This document shows, piece after piece, positions 9,577 to 19,699 of a stretch of 64,000 nt of DNA (its first letter is position 1; each line of letters begins with the position of its first letter). Source of the stretch: an uncultured delta proteobacterium (GTDB lineage: Bacteria; Myxococcota; Myxococcia; Myxococcales; Myxococcaceae); assembly GCA_963771175.1 (NCBI GenBank), contig CAVYSY010000058.1:1-64000 (forward strand). Direction: 5' to 3'. Both the position numbers and the translations under genes were made by a program. Under the pieces are notes generated by a model, which was not told where the DNA came from, ran no database searches, and saw only the letters and a list, made by a program, of their open reading frames with translations.

Positions 9577-10371
9577 TCACTCCTCGTCGTCCACGTCCGC
9601 CGTGCCGCCCGGGGCACGAGGAGGCGGGCCGTCTCCATAGAAGACCTCCTCCAGGACGAGCCCCTGGGGCGGCGCGGTGGGACCGGCGCGCTTGCGGTCT
9701 CGGGAGGCGAGCACCTCGGCCACCCAGGCCTCGGGACGGCGCCCCTTGCCCACCTCCACCAGGGTGCCCACGAGGTTGCGCACCATGTGCTTGAGGAAGG
9801 CGGTGCCCTCGACGGTGAAGGACACCTCGTCCCCGGAGGTGCCCTGGACGTCCACCCGGCGCACCTCGCGCAGGGCGTGGGCGGCCTGGCAGTCCGCGGC
9901 CCGGAAGGCGGAGAAGTCGTGCCGGCCCAACAGGTGCGTGGCGGCGCGTTGCATCGCCTCCACCTGGAGGGGGGCGAACACCTGCCAGTGGGTGAAGCGG
10001 CGCAGAGGCGAGCGCGAGGGCTTGTTGCTCACCCGGTAGCGGTAGCGCTTGCCGTGGGACCAGCGGCGCGGGTCGAACTCGGGAGGCACCTCCTCGGCGT
10101 GGACGACGGCGATGTCCTCCGGCAGGAAGCCGTTGAGCCCCCTCCAGTACGCCTTGAGCGGCAACGTGCGCTCCGTGTCGAAGCACACCACCTGCCCGGT
10201 GGCGTGGACGCCAGAGTCCGTGCGGCCGGCCACCTCCACGGAGACCCTCTCACCGAGCAACTGCTCCAATGCCTGCACCACTCGGGCCTGGATGGAGATG
10301 CCGTTGGGCTGCACCTGCCACCCGACGTAGTGGGTGCCGTCGTACTCGATTGTCAGCTTCAGTCGAGGCAT
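9577..10371 (-). CDS. truA: tRNA pseudouridine(38-40) synthase
   Basis: Motifs YDGTHYVGWQ, AGRTDSGVHA, FLKHMVRNLVG, TAPPQGLVL. Confidence 0.97.
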   Translation of the reverse strand: MPRLKLTIEYDGTHYVGWQVQPNGISIQARVVQALEQLLGERVSVEVAGRTDSGVHATGQVVCFDTERTLPLKAYWRGLNGFLPEDIAVVHAEEVPPEFDPRRWSHGKRYRYRVSNKPSRSPLRRFTHWQVFAPLQVEAMQRAATHLLGRHDFSAFRAADCQAAHALREVRRVDVQGTSGDEVSFTVEGTAFLKHMVRNLVGTLVEVGKGRRPEAWVAEVLASRDRKRAGPTAPPQGLVLEEVFYGDGPPPRAPGGTADVDDEE

Positions 10372-10372
10372 G

Positions 10373-11560
10373 TCAGCGGTACTTGAGCCAGGCCGCGAGG
10401 ATGTCCCCCACCATGCGCCCCATGGGGACACCATGCTTGCGGGCGAGCGCCTCCAGGGCCTCGTGCTGCGAGGCGGTGAGGGGCACCGGGAGGGTGCGCT
10501 CGGAGGAGGGCTCCTCGACGGGCGGGGCCGACTCCTCCATCTCCAGCATCGCCCCACCGAGGGGCGGCGTGGGCATGAGCACGGCCGGCGTGGGACGGAG
10601 CCGCAGGTGCTCCTCCTCCAATTCGTCGAGGAAGAGCTGCTTGAGGAAGTTGGAGAGGTGGAGGCTGGTGGGGGTGAACTCGTACGCGTTGAGGAAACGG
10701 TCGAGGTCCTGCTGGAAGTGCCAGGCCGTGGGGTAGCGCTTGTCGCGGTCGCGCTCCAGGGCCTTCATGAGGATGGCTTCCACGGACTCGGGGATGTCCG
10801 CGCGGAAGTACGAGGGCGCATACACCTTGCCCTCGACGATGCCGCGCATGACGGCCACGTCGGACTCGCCCGTGAAGAGCTTGAAGCCGGTGAGCCACTC
10901 GTAGAGGACGACGCCCAGGGAGAAGACGTCGCTGCGGTGATCCAACGGCTTGCCCAGACACTGCTCGGGACTGAGGTAGCTGAGCTTGCCGCGCAGCTCG
11001 CCGGCGCGCGTGTGCTCCGCCCGGTTGGCGGCCTTGGCGATGCCGAAGTCCAGCACCTTCACCGTGCCGTCGAAGCACACGAAGATGTTCTCCGGCGTCA
11101 CGTCCCGGTGGACGATGTTCAGCGGGGCGCCGTACAGGTCCACCTTCTGGTGCGCGTAGTGGAGGCCCTCGCACACGGACGAGGCGATCTTCAGCGCGTA
11201 CACCATGGGGAAGGGAATCCCCAGCGACTCGGCCTTGGGGACGACCCGTCGCATGTCCCGACCGAAGAGGTACTCCATACCGATGAAGTAGCTGTCGCCC
11301 ACCTTCCCCAGGTCGTGGATCTGCACGATGTTGGGGTGGTTGAGCTGGGCGGCCAGCCGCGCCTCGTTGAGGAACATGCGCACGAAGGCGGACTGCTGGG
11401 ACAGATGCGGCCGGATGCGCTTGATGACGACGGGCTTCTCGAAGCCGTCCGGGCCGGACTGATGGGCGAGGAACACCTCCGCCATTCCGCCCACGGCGAG
11501 GCGATCGATGAGCGTGTACTGGCCGAACGGCACGGGTGCGCGGGGGGCTGCTTGGGACAT
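10373..11560 (-). CDS. Cytoplasmic Ser/Thr protein kinase with C-terminal ribbon-helix-helix-like tail
   Basis: Motifs GGMAEV, HRDVTPEN, DFG, GKLSYLSPEQ. Tail TLPVPLTASQHEALEALARKHGVPMGRMVGDIL. Confidence 0.9.
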   Translation of the reverse strand: MSQAAPRAPVPFGQYTLIDRLAVGGMAEVFLAHQSGPDGFEKPVVIKRIRPHLSQQSAFVRMFLNEARLAAQLNHPNIVQIHDLGKVGDSYFIGMEYLFGRDMRRVVPKAESLGIPFPMVYALKIASSVCEGLHYAHQKVDLYGAPLNIVHRDVTPENIFVCFDGTVKVLDFGIAKAANRAEHTRAGELRGKLSYLSPEQCLGKPLDHRSDVFSLGVVLYEWLTGFKLFTGESDVAVMRGIVEGKVYAPSYFRADIPESVEAILMKALERDRDKRYPTAWHFQQDLDRFLNAYEFTPTSLHLSNFLKQLFLDELEEEHLRLRPTPAVLMPTPPLGGAMLEMEESAPPVEEPSSERTLPVPLTASQHEALEALARKHGVPMGRMVGDILAAWLKYR

Positions 11561-11723
11561 CGGGAGCGGCAGGATAGCGCCCCGGGGGCCCCGGCGGCCA
11601 AGGGAGTTACAGGACGCACGCCTCCCCTCCCCCGCGCGAGCCCTCTTGCACCGCTTCCGAGGGACATATAACTTATCCGCGTCAGGTCCTCGGAGCTTAT
11701 AAAAATAAGGTCTCTCGATTTCC

Positions 11724-12190
11724 ATGGATGAGCTCGACTCCCGCATTGTCGATCTGCTGCAGCGCGACGGCCGCGCCACGCAGCTGGAGATCTCCCGCAC
11801 GGTGGGGCTGTCCCAGCCGGCGGTGGCCGAGCGCATCCGCAAGCTCGAGGAGCACAGGGCGTCATCACCGGCTACACGGCGCGCGTGGACGCGGCGAAGC
11901 TGGGCAAGGACATCACCGCCTTCATCGGCGTGAGCATCGAGCACCCGAAGTACTTCGACGGCTTCGCCCGGAAGGTGCTCGCGATGCCCGAGGTGCTCGA
12001 GTGCCACCGCGTCGCCGGCCAGGACTCGTACCTGCTCAAGGTGAGGACGTCGAACACGCAGCACGCTCGACACGCTGCTCGTGGAGACGCTGCGGACCAT
12101 CCCCGGCGTCACCCGCACCCACACCACCATCGTGCTCTCCTCCATCAAGGAAGAGACGTACGTCTCGCCCGAAGTGCCGAAGGAGACTGA
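11724..12190 (+). CDS. Lrp/AsnC family regulator; frameshifted
   Basis: MDELDSRIVDLLQRDGR..VGLSQPAVAERIRKLEE, then PEVLECHRVAGQDSYLLKV in another frame. Confidence 0.9.
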
Positions 12191-12192
12191 CC

Positions 12193-13412
12193 ATGACCGC
12201 GGCCGTCAGCATTCCCGCGCCCCCTCCGTTCCGCCTGGCGCAGCGCATGTCGCGGCATGACGGCGTCCGCGGTGCGCGAGATCCTCAAGGTGGCCGAGCG
12301 GCCCGACGTGCTCTCCTTCGCCGGCGGGCTGCCCGCGCCCGAGCTCTTCCCGGTGGAGGCCATCGCCCAGGCGCACGCCGAGGTGCTTCGCGGAACGAGG
12401 GCCGCGCCGCGCTGCAGTACAGCACCACCGAGGGCTACGGGCCGCTGCGCGAGTGGATCAGCGCGCACCTGGCGCGAGCGCGGCATCTGCGCGTGGCGAC
12501 GGACCAGGTGCTCATCACCAACGGCTCGCAGCAGGGCATCGACCTGGTGGCGCAAGGTGCTGCTCGACCCCGGCGACCTGGTGCTGGTGGAGAACCCCAG
12601 CTACCTCGCCGCGCTGCAGACCTTCAGCGGGTACGAGGCGTCCTTCGCCGTGGTGGGCAGCGACGACGACGGCATGCGCGTGGACGAGCTGGAGGCGCAT
12701 GGTCGCCGAGCGCACGCCCAAGCTCATCTACCTGGTGCCCAACTTCCAGAACCCGAAGGGCACCACGCTGTCGCTGGAGCGCCGGCACGCACTGGTGCGC
12801 TTCGCCCAGCGGCACCGCATGCCCATCCTCGAGGACGACCCGTACGGCGAGCTGCGCTTCCGGGGCGAGCACCTGCCCTCGCTGGCCTCGCTCGACGACG
12901 AGGGCGTGGTCGTCAACCTCGGCACCTTCTCGAAGACGCTGGCGCCCGGGCTGCGCATCGGCTGGGCGGTGGGCCCGCGGCAGATCATCCGCGCCCTCAC
13001 GGTCGCCAAGCAGGCGGCGGACCTGCACACCGGCCACGCTCGCGCAGCGGGCCACGGCGCGGCTGCTGTCCCGGTTCGACTACGACGGCCACCTGGACGG
13101 ACTGCGCGTCGTCTACGGGGAGCGGTGCCAGGCGATGCTCGGCTCGCTGGAGCGGCACATGCCCGCGGGCACGCGGTGGACGCAGCCGGACGGCGGCATG
13201 TTCCTCTGGGTGGAGCTGCCCGCGCGGCATGAGCGCGGACGACCCTCTTCCCGCTGGCGCTCGACAAGCAGGTGGCCTTCGTGCCCGGCGCCCCCTTCTT
13301 CGCCTCCGAGCCGCGCAGCGAGTTCATGCGCCTGAACTACTCCAACCGCCCGCCCGAGCTGATCGAAGAGGGCATGCGCCGGCTCGGCGCGGTCATCGCC
13401 GCGCAGCAGTAG
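12193..13412 (+). CDS. PLP-dependent aminotransferase class I (LysN/ARO8-like); multiple frameshifts
   Basis: Motifs SFAGGLPAPELFP, ITNGSQQGIDL, PNFQNPKG, EDDPYGEL, GTFSKTLAPGLRIGW, GGMFLW spread over three frames. Confidence 0.9.
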
Positions 13413-13469
13413 AGTGGGCCTCTCCGGTTGATTCTCAAGTCGGGAGAACCGTGACAAGAGGAGATGCAC

Positions 13470-14073
13470 ATGATGGCAGTCCACCGGGCGTGGTGTGGAA
13501 TCGCGGCCCTATTCTTCGTTTCCGCCTGTGCGCATGACGTCCGTGCCCACCCCGAGAGGACGGAGCAGGCGGTGCTCGATGAAGAGCTGTACGCCGCTGC
13601 CGTCCGCGGGACCCTCGAGCATTTCGGAAGAGAGGACAAAGAACCGACGCTCTATTGCGTGATCCTCCCCGAGGGAGTCCCCAGCGATCGGATCCTGGCG
13701 CGCTTCGAGAACGACCCGTTCCTGGTCGCGGGTCCGGAGTCGTGCAAGTGGAAGGGCGGAAAGGTGGTGCCCACGACCAGCATGCCCGAGGTGCTCTCGA
13801 ACGGACGGCGCACCGGGGCTCAGGTCGCTCCCGCCAGCGCGATATTCCTCAATGTCGACAGCATCCGATTCAAATCGCCCGACCGCGTTCGAAGCCTACA
13901 CCTCCATTGTCTACGGCAATCTCGGCGCCGACGGGCTCACCGTGAAGCTGGAGCGCGAAGCCGGCCGGTGGAAGATGGTCGAGGCCGAGGACACGTGGCC
14001 TTGTTGCTCGTTCGAGCACCCGCACCTTGAGGGCGGCCGGGTGCTCGGGCGTGGCCGGGAAGTCCACCGGTGA
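13470..14073 (+). CDS. Hypothetical lipoprotein; frameshifted, 3' end disrupted
   Basis: Signal peptide with lipobox VSAC. The 3' end runs into the duplicated segment at 14012. Confidence 0.5.
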
Positions 14074-14142
14074 GGGGCCCAGGCTCTGCCCGCCCCTCCC
14101 CCTCCGCCCCGCTCGGGCCCTCCTCCGTCACCAGGGCCTCGA
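14012..14142. repeat. Degenerate direct copy of 16243-16375 (3' end of the rRNA methyltransferase gene)
   Basis: tcgagcacccgcaccttgagggc..gggtgctcgggcgtggccgggaagtccaccgg..ctccgtcacca occurs at both sites. Both encode SPVDFPATPEHPAALKVRVLE on the minus strand. Confidence 0.9.
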
Positions 14143-14207
14143 CATCCGAGGCCCAGGCACACAGTGGCCAGTGATTCAAAAAGCAGGGCAGGCTCGCGCT
14201 GCCCTGC

Positions 14208-15464
14208 TCAAGCGTGCGTCTCGCGCATCCGCAGGGCCGCGAGGCCACCCGAGGCGATGGTGAGGAGCGCCACCAGCCACACGGCCCAGGTGAGCCCCAG
14301 CGCGTCCGCGGTGGCCCCAGCCAACAGCGCCCCCACGGCATAGCCGAGGTCACGCCAGAGCCGGTATGCCCCCACGGCGGAGGAGCGCCAGGAGGGGTGG
14401 GCGACATCTCCGATGGCCGCCAGCAGCGTGGGGTACACCATGGCGGTGCCCACCCCCAGGAGGACGGCGGCCAGCGCGAAGACGGACATGCCGCTGCCCA
14501 TCGCCATGAGGACGAGCCCTGCCCCTTGCGTCCACATCCCCCAGACGATGAGCCCCTTGCGCCCCCAGCGGTCCGACAGGGTCCCGGTGAGGAGCTGCCC
14601 CAAGCCCCACACCGCCGGGTACAAGCCGGCGAGCAGTCCCACCTCGGAGAGCGACAGGCCGTGCGCCGCGTACAGGAGTGGGAAGAGGCCCCAGGCCATG
14701 CCGTCATTGAGGTTGTTCACCAGGCCCGCCTGCGTGACGGAGGACAGATTCCTGTCCGTGAAGCTCGTCCGCAGAAACACCTCGCGTGCCGAGGGAGCTT
14801 CGCCCGCCGGCGACGGTCCGAGCCGCCCCTCCGCCTCCGCATGAGCCCGCGTCTCCCGGACGGTGAAGGCGGAGAGCAGCAAGCCCAGCACGGCGAAGGC
14901 CACGCCCAGCAGGAACGGATAGGGCCGTAGACCCCAGCGCTCCGCGATGGCCCCCGTGGCCCATGCGCTGAGCGCCACGGCGAAATAGCCCGCCGCCTCG
15001 TTGAGCCCCATGGCAAACCCCCGCCGCCGGGGCCCGGCGAGATCTATCTTCATGATGACGGTGGTGGACCAGGTGAGCCCCTGGCTGATGCCGAGGAAGG
15101 CGTTGGCCACGAGGACCCACCCCCAGGAGGGTGCCCACAAGAGCAGCAGGGGCACGGGCAGCGCGAACAGCCAGCCGGCGACCAGCACGCCCTTGCGCCC
15201 CAGGCGCTCCGACAGACGCCCGGCGAAGTAGTTCGTCGCCGCCTTGGTGAGACCGAAGACGACGATAAAGGAGAGGATGGCCGAGTGTGCCACCAGACCA
15301 AAGCCCTCCTCGGCGAGGACGGGCAGGATGCTGCGCTCCAACCCCACCATCGCCCCCACGAAGGCATTGACGAGAACCAGAAGGGAGAACTGGCCCAGGT
15401 TCTCCCTGATGCCAAGGCGCACCTCCGGCCCCTGGACGCCCTCCGCGGTTGCCGTGGCACTCAC
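14208..15464 (-). CDS. MFS transporter
   Basis: About 12 TM helices, motif A GRLSERLGRK and GTLSDRWGRK. GTG start overlaps the ArsR stop. Confidence 0.92.
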   Translation of the reverse strand: MSATATAEGVQGPEVRLGIRENLGQFSLLVLVNAFVGAMVGLERSILPVLAEEGFGLVAHSAILSFIVVFGLTKAATNYFAGRLSERLGRKGVLVAGWLFALPVPLLLLWAPSWGWVLVANAFLGISQGLTWSTTVIMKIDLAGPRRRGFAMGLNEAAGYFAVALSAWATGAIAERWGLRPYPFLLGVAFAVLGLLLSAFTVRETRAHAEAEGRLGPSPAGEAPSAREVFLRTSFTDRNLSSVTQAGLVNNLNDGMAWGLFPLLYAAHGLSLSEVGLLAGLYPAVWGLGQLLTGTLSDRWGRKGLIVWGMWTQGAGLVLMAMGSGMSVFALAAVLLGVGTAMVYPTLLAAIGDVAHPSWRSSAVGAYRLWRDLGYAVGALLAGATADALGLTWAVWLVALLTIASGGLAALRMRETHA

Positions 15465-16147
15465 GAGCGCTCCTCCTGGCGGGCAGGACCGACCGCGGTG
15501 GGCAGGCCCGCCGCCTGCCACTCGGGGAAACCGTCGGTGAGCCGGCGTGCCTTGCGGCCGCGAGCCCTTAGCAGCCGCACCGCCTCGTCGGCGTAGACGC
15601 AGTAGGGACCGCGGCAGTAGGCCACCACCTCGTGGGCACGAGGCACCTCCTTCAGGCGCTCCTCCAGCTCGGCCACGGGCAGGGAGAGGGCACCGGCGAT
15701 ATGACCCTGGCGGTACTCCTCGGCGGGACGCACGTCGAGCACGGTCACACGCCCCTCGCGTAAGCGGGCCAGCAGCTCCTCGCGCGCCACCGCTTCCAGA
15801 CTGTCCCTGTCCTTGAGGTAGGTGGCCACCAATCGGTCCACCTCCGCGAGGTGGGCTTCCGCGAGCTGCCGAATGCCCCGAACCACCGCGGACACTTCCG
15901 GGGAGGAGAGCCGGTAGAAGACGTACAGCCCCTCCTTGCGAGCCTCCACCAGGTGGGCCTCACGCAGAACCTGAAGGTGGCGTGAGGCGTTGGCCAGCGT
16001 CAGTTCGCACTCGCGAGCTAGCGCCTCCACCGTGCGCTCGCCCTGCGCGAGCAGCTCGACCAGCTCCAGCCGGTGAGGACTGCCCAGCGCCTTCCCGATG
16101 CGGCCAAACTGCTCGTACAGCGCGTTCTTGAATTGGCGGCTGCCCAT
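15461..16147 (-). CDS. ArsR/SmtB regulator fused to a rhodanese domain
   Basis: ArsR part KALGSPHRLELVELLAQGERTVEALA..ASRHLQVLR. Rhodanese part LDVRPAEEYRQGHIAGA..AYCRGPYC. Confidence 0.93.
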   Translation of the reverse strand: MGSRQFKNALYEQFGRIGKALGSPHRLELVELLAQGERTVEALARECELTLANASRHLQVLREAHLVEARKEGLYVFYRLSSPEVSAVVRGIRQLAEAHLAEVDRLVATYLKDRDSLEAVAREELLARLREGRVTVLDVRPAEEYRQGHIAGALSLPVAELEERLKEVPRAHEVVAYCRGPYCVYADEAVRLLRARGRKARRLTDGFPEWQAAGLPTAVGPARQEERS

Positions 16148-16152
16148 GTGTC

Positions 16153-16180
16153 ACTCAATTACTTCGTTGATTAGTTGAGT
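16153..16180. promoter_or_regulatory. Candidate ArsR operator (AT-rich inverted repeat)
   Basis: actcaatta..tagttgagt lies immediately upstream of the ArsR start codon. Confidence 0.55.
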
Positions 16181-16232
16181 AACAGGCATCACGGCCGCTG
16201 GCAATACCGGCCCCGCCCGGTTGTGAGCAGCA

Positions 16233-17213
16233 TCAAGGAAGCTCGAGCACCCGCACCTTGAGGGCAGCCGGGTGCTCGGGCGTGGCCGGGAAGTCCACCG
16301 GCGAGGGGCCCAGGCTCAGCGAGCCCCTCCCCTTCCGACCCGCTCGGGACACGCCCTCCGTCACCATCGCCTCGAAGCGCCGGGACGCCAGCGTGGCGAG
16401 GTTGCAGCACGCGACCAGTCGTCCCCCAGGCACCACCACCCGGGCGGCGGCCTCGGCCAGGTTGGCGTAGTCCCTCGCGGCGGAGAAGCGGCTGGTGCGC
16501 GTGGTCGCGAAGGACGGAGGGTCCGCCACCACGACGTCGAAGGTCTCTCCCTTCTTCGCCAGACGGCCGAGCCACTCGAAGACATCCCCCGCCACGTAGT
16601 CGTACCGGTCCACCGGCTGGCCATTGAGGCGGGCGTTCTCCTCGCCCCAGTCCAGCACGCGGCGGCTCGCGTCGATGTTGAGGACGCGCCTGGCCCCGCC
16701 CGCCGTGGCCGCCACGCCGAAGCCACAGGTGTACGAGAAGAGGTTGAGCACCGTGAGGCCTCGCACCTCCCCGGCCAGCCACGCCCGCGTGTCGCGCATG
16801 TCCAGGTAGAGGCCCACCGAGAGGCCCTGCCCGGGGCGGATCAGGAAGCGCAGCCCATTCTCCAGCGCCACCAGCGACTCCACCGACTCGCCGCGCGCGG
16901 CCACCTCGGGAGCGAGCTGCTCCTTCGCCACGTTGGCCAGGTGGCGCGCCTCCTTCGGCCTCCGCTTGAGGTACAGGCTCCGAGGCGCCCAGGCGGCCTC
17001 CGCCGCATCGAGCAGCGCCTGCTCCTGCACCGGGGAGAAGTCACTGTAGAGGCTCACCACGTGGACGTACTCGAACACGTCCACCGTCACGTCGGGGACA
17101 CCATCGGCCTCCCCGTTGACGAGCCGGTACGCGGTGCTGCGCGGGTCCTCCCGCAGGGGCACGCGCCGCTCCCAGGCCCGACGAAGGAGCTCCTCGAGCG
17201 AGTGAGCGCTCAT
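16233..17213 (-). CDS. Class I SAM-dependent rRNA methyltransferase (RlmI-like)
   Basis: Motifs YRLVNGEADG, GLYLDMR, VLNLFSYTCGF, DPPSF. Confidence 0.9.
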   Translation of the reverse strand: MSAHSLEELLRRAWERRVPLREDPRSTAYRLVNGEADGVPDVTVDVFEYVHVVSLYSDFSPVQEQALLDAAEAAWAPRSLYLKRRPKEARHLANVAKEQLAPEVAARGESVESLVALENGLRFLIRPGQGLSVGLYLDMRDTRAWLAGEVRGLTVLNLFSYTCGFGVAATAGGARRVLNIDASRRVLDWGEENARLNGQPVDRYDYVAGDVFEWLGRLAKKGETFDVVVADPPSFATTRTSRFSAARDYANLAEAAARVVVPGGRLVACCNLATLASRRFEAMVTEGVSRAGRKGRGSLSLGPSPVDFPATPEHPAALKVRVLELP

Positions 17214-18571
17214 CCGCCGCGCACCGGGTCTTCGAGCTCCTCCGCCTCCGGGACACGGGCGCGCGCCCACACGTCGGAGAGGACCTGGGCGGCCTCGCGT
17301 GCCAGCACCACCTCGTCCACGCCAAGGAGCTGCCCCTCGCGCACGGTGACGCGACCGTCCACGATGTTCCACGCCACCTGCGAGCGCCCCATATACGACA
17401 GGAGATGCGGGGCCTGCCCGCTGCCCGCCTCCAGCGCCGGCACATAGTCGAACACCACCAGGTCCGCGAGGCGCCCCTCCTCCACCGCGCCCGAGGGCAC
17501 GCCGAAGAGGCGCGAGCACAGCTCGGCCGGGCCATCCGCGAAGAGCTGCACCAGCACCCCGTCCGGGTCCACCAGGCGAGAGCCCCGCGCGGCCCCCACC
17601 ACCGTGACGAGGGCGGCGGACAGCGCGCTCCAGAGGTTGCCGTGCCCGCCACTGCCGAGCCCCATCAGGTTCTGCCGCCCGAGCAGCGTCTCCAGGGCCC
17701 GGCCGCTGGGCTCGACGAGGAGCGCCGACCCGGGGCCGAGCGCCACGCAGGTGCCAGACTGAGCCAGGAGCTGGGACTCGAGGTCATCCACGGAGCGCGC
17801 GTACGCGGCCACCGAGAGCGGCCCGAGCAACCCGAAGCCCTCCAGCCGCGTCACCACCCGCTGGCCGTTCTGCTGCCAGGTGCTGGCCAGGTCATGGTCC
17901 CCCTCGTAGAGGTGGAAGACGATGGGCGCACCGGAGGACTCGCGCAGCCGGCCGAGCTTCCCCAGCAGGGCGTCTCCGCTCGTCCACGAGGCATGGAAGC
18001 CAAGCGCGCCACGCACGAGCCGGTGCGAGCCCCGGCGCCGCACGAAGTCGGCATTGGCCTCGGCCTGGGCTTCGGCCCGCGGGGCCCCGTCGAGGCTGTC
18101 GGTGGCATGGCTCGCCACCAGCCGCAGGCCGAGCAGCTCCGCCGCACGCGCCTGGGCATCCAGGCCACCGGCCACGTCTCCCGGGCACGACAGGTGCTCC
18201 ACCACGAGCGAGACGCCCGCGCGCAGCGCTCGGGCCATCGCATAGCGGGAGAGCACCTCCACATCCGTGGCGGTGAGGTGCGACGCCAGACGCCGCTCGT
18301 GCTCCAACCGGACCTGGGGCGCGTGCAGCAGGAGCTCGCCGGAGGGAGGCACCAGCAGATCGCCCACCAGGTGGGCATGGCAGTCCACCAGCCCCGGAGT
18401 CACCAGCCGCCCGCGGCAGGAGACCTCCCAGTCCCCGGGGAGCACGGGCACCTCGGCATCGGGAGCGACCCGGCGGATGAGACCATCCTCGACGACGATG
18501 GCCATGCCGGGACGCCCTCGGCCGTCCGCGCGGAAGATGGAGCAGTTCTTGAGGACCAGGCGGCCTTCCAT
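17210..18571 (-). CDS. Amidohydrolase superfamily protein (SsnA-like)
   Basis: Motifs VTPGLVDCHAHL, GFHASWT, FHLYE, GRLADLVVFDY. Confidence 0.85.
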   Translation of the reverse strand: MEGRLVLKNCSIFRADGRGRPGMAIVVEDGLIRRVAPDAEVPVLPGDWEVSCRGRLVTPGLVDCHAHLVGDLLVPPSGELLLHAPQVRLEHERRLASHLTATDVEVLSRYAMARALRAGVSLVVEHLSCPGDVAGGLDAQARAAELLGLRLVASHATDSLDGAPRAEAQAEANADFVRRRGSHRLVRGALGFHASWTSGDALLGKLGRLRESSGAPIVFHLYEGDHDLASTWQQNGQRVVTRLEGFGLLGPLSVAAYARSVDDLESQLLAQSGTCVALGPGSALLVEPSGRALETLLGRQNLMGLGSGGHGNLWSALSAALVTVVGAARGSRLVDPDGVLVQLFADGPAELCSRLFGVPSGAVEEGRLADLVVFDYVPALEAGSGQAPHLLSYMGRSQVAWNIVDGRVTVREGQLLGVDEVVLAREAAQVLSDVWARARVPEAEELEDPVRGG

Positions 18572-18630
18572 GGGGCCGCGAGTATACGCATGGAGCCACC
18601 GCCTGGATCGCGGGAGTGTCTCCCGGATGC

Positions 18631-19053
18631 TCAGAACAGGCTCATCTGGGACTTGTCTTCCTCTTCCTTGCTCGTGCCGCGAGCGGGCAGCGGGGTGAAG
18701 CCGTGCTTCGCCGCCCATTCCGGAGCCGGTCCGGCCCAGCGGAAGCGGTCCATGAGCACCTTGCCCTTCGGGTCGAACTCGACGCCCTCGGCCACCAGCA
18801 ACTCCCGCTGGTTGTACCCCTGCGTGCTGATGCCTCCCGAGCGGTTGATGATGCGCTGCCAGGGCACCTGGGCGGCTCGCGGCCCCAGGTCCCCCATCGC
18901 GAGGCCCACGATCCGGGCATCGCACCCTCCTCCCACGATGAGCGCGATGTCGCCGTAGGTCGACACCTGACCTCGCGGCACCTGCTCGACGACCTGGTAG
19001 ATGCGCTCGAAGAACCTTCGCTCGTGCATGGTGATGGTGATCGTTGTGGACAT
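18631..19053 (-). CDS. Alkyltransferase-like protein (MGMT family, Atl/YbaZ-type)
   Basis: VPRGQVSTYGDIA..ARIVG..VPWQRIINRSG..LLVAEGV, with Trp in place of the catalytic Cys. Confidence 0.9.
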   Translation of the reverse strand: MSTTITITMHERRFFERIYQVVEQVPRGQVSTYGDIALIVGGGCDARIVGLAMGDLGPRAAQVPWQRIINRSGGISTQGYNQRELLVAEGVEFDPKGKVLMDRFRWAGPAPEWAAKHGFTPLPARGTSKEEEDKSQMSLF

Positions 19054-19229
19054 GTCCTCTCCAGTCAGATTCCGCCTACTACCTCGGAGGACAGGTGAGA
19101 GGGAAGTTTGTACTACGTCCTACGTCACGCACCCAACCCGACAGGCGCGGAAGTGGAGGTGCTGGCCAGGAGAGGGAGGCGCTAGGGAGCTCCGCCTCGG
19201 CGAGCAACCCGCCAGCACCGGCGTGACGT

Positions 19230-19699
19230 TCAGACTTCCTCGTCGGGCAGGAGCGTGAGTAGCAGCTCGTCGTCGGGACCGCGCGGGAGCCAACCGGGCG
19301 GCGGGGGCGTAGCGAGGAGTGCATCGCCGGCCTTGTCGGCGCGCTCCTTATGGGTTTCTGGGGTGAAGGCTACCCACGTGCCGAGCGCAACGGCAACCTT
19401 GAGGCGGTTTGCGTCGTCCAGCACGGCCGGCCAGCCGTTGGGGAGTACGCCCACAGTTCGCGCACGAGCTGGCCGCGCACTAGCCGCGTGACCTGATTGC
19501 TCCGCTCCGCTTCGGCCAGCAGTCCACTGAACACCTGCACTCCGGCGATGTCGTCCGGACCAAGCTCCTCGGCCAGCGCCACCAGCGACGCGGTCGGGCG
19601 CGCCTCGGCGAAGGCGGTGAGCGAGTCGTAACCTCGCTCGCGGACCCGCTCATACAGGCGCGCTTTGATGTTGCCCTCCCAAGCACGTCCGTCGCTCAT
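19230..19699 (-). CDS. Myxobacterial immunity-type protein (often auto-annotated as NUDIX hydrolase); frameshift near 19455
   Basis: MSDGRAWEGNIKARLYERVRERGYDSLTAFAEARPTASL continues in a second frame as LPNGWP..PPPGWLPRGPDDELL. The family is recalled as the neighbour of DUF2380 lipoproteins. Confidence 0.65.

Noticed and set aside
19230..19699. True NUDIX hydrolase
   Set aside because: No Nudix box (GX5EX7REUXEEXGU) is visible, and the context favours an immunity protein.
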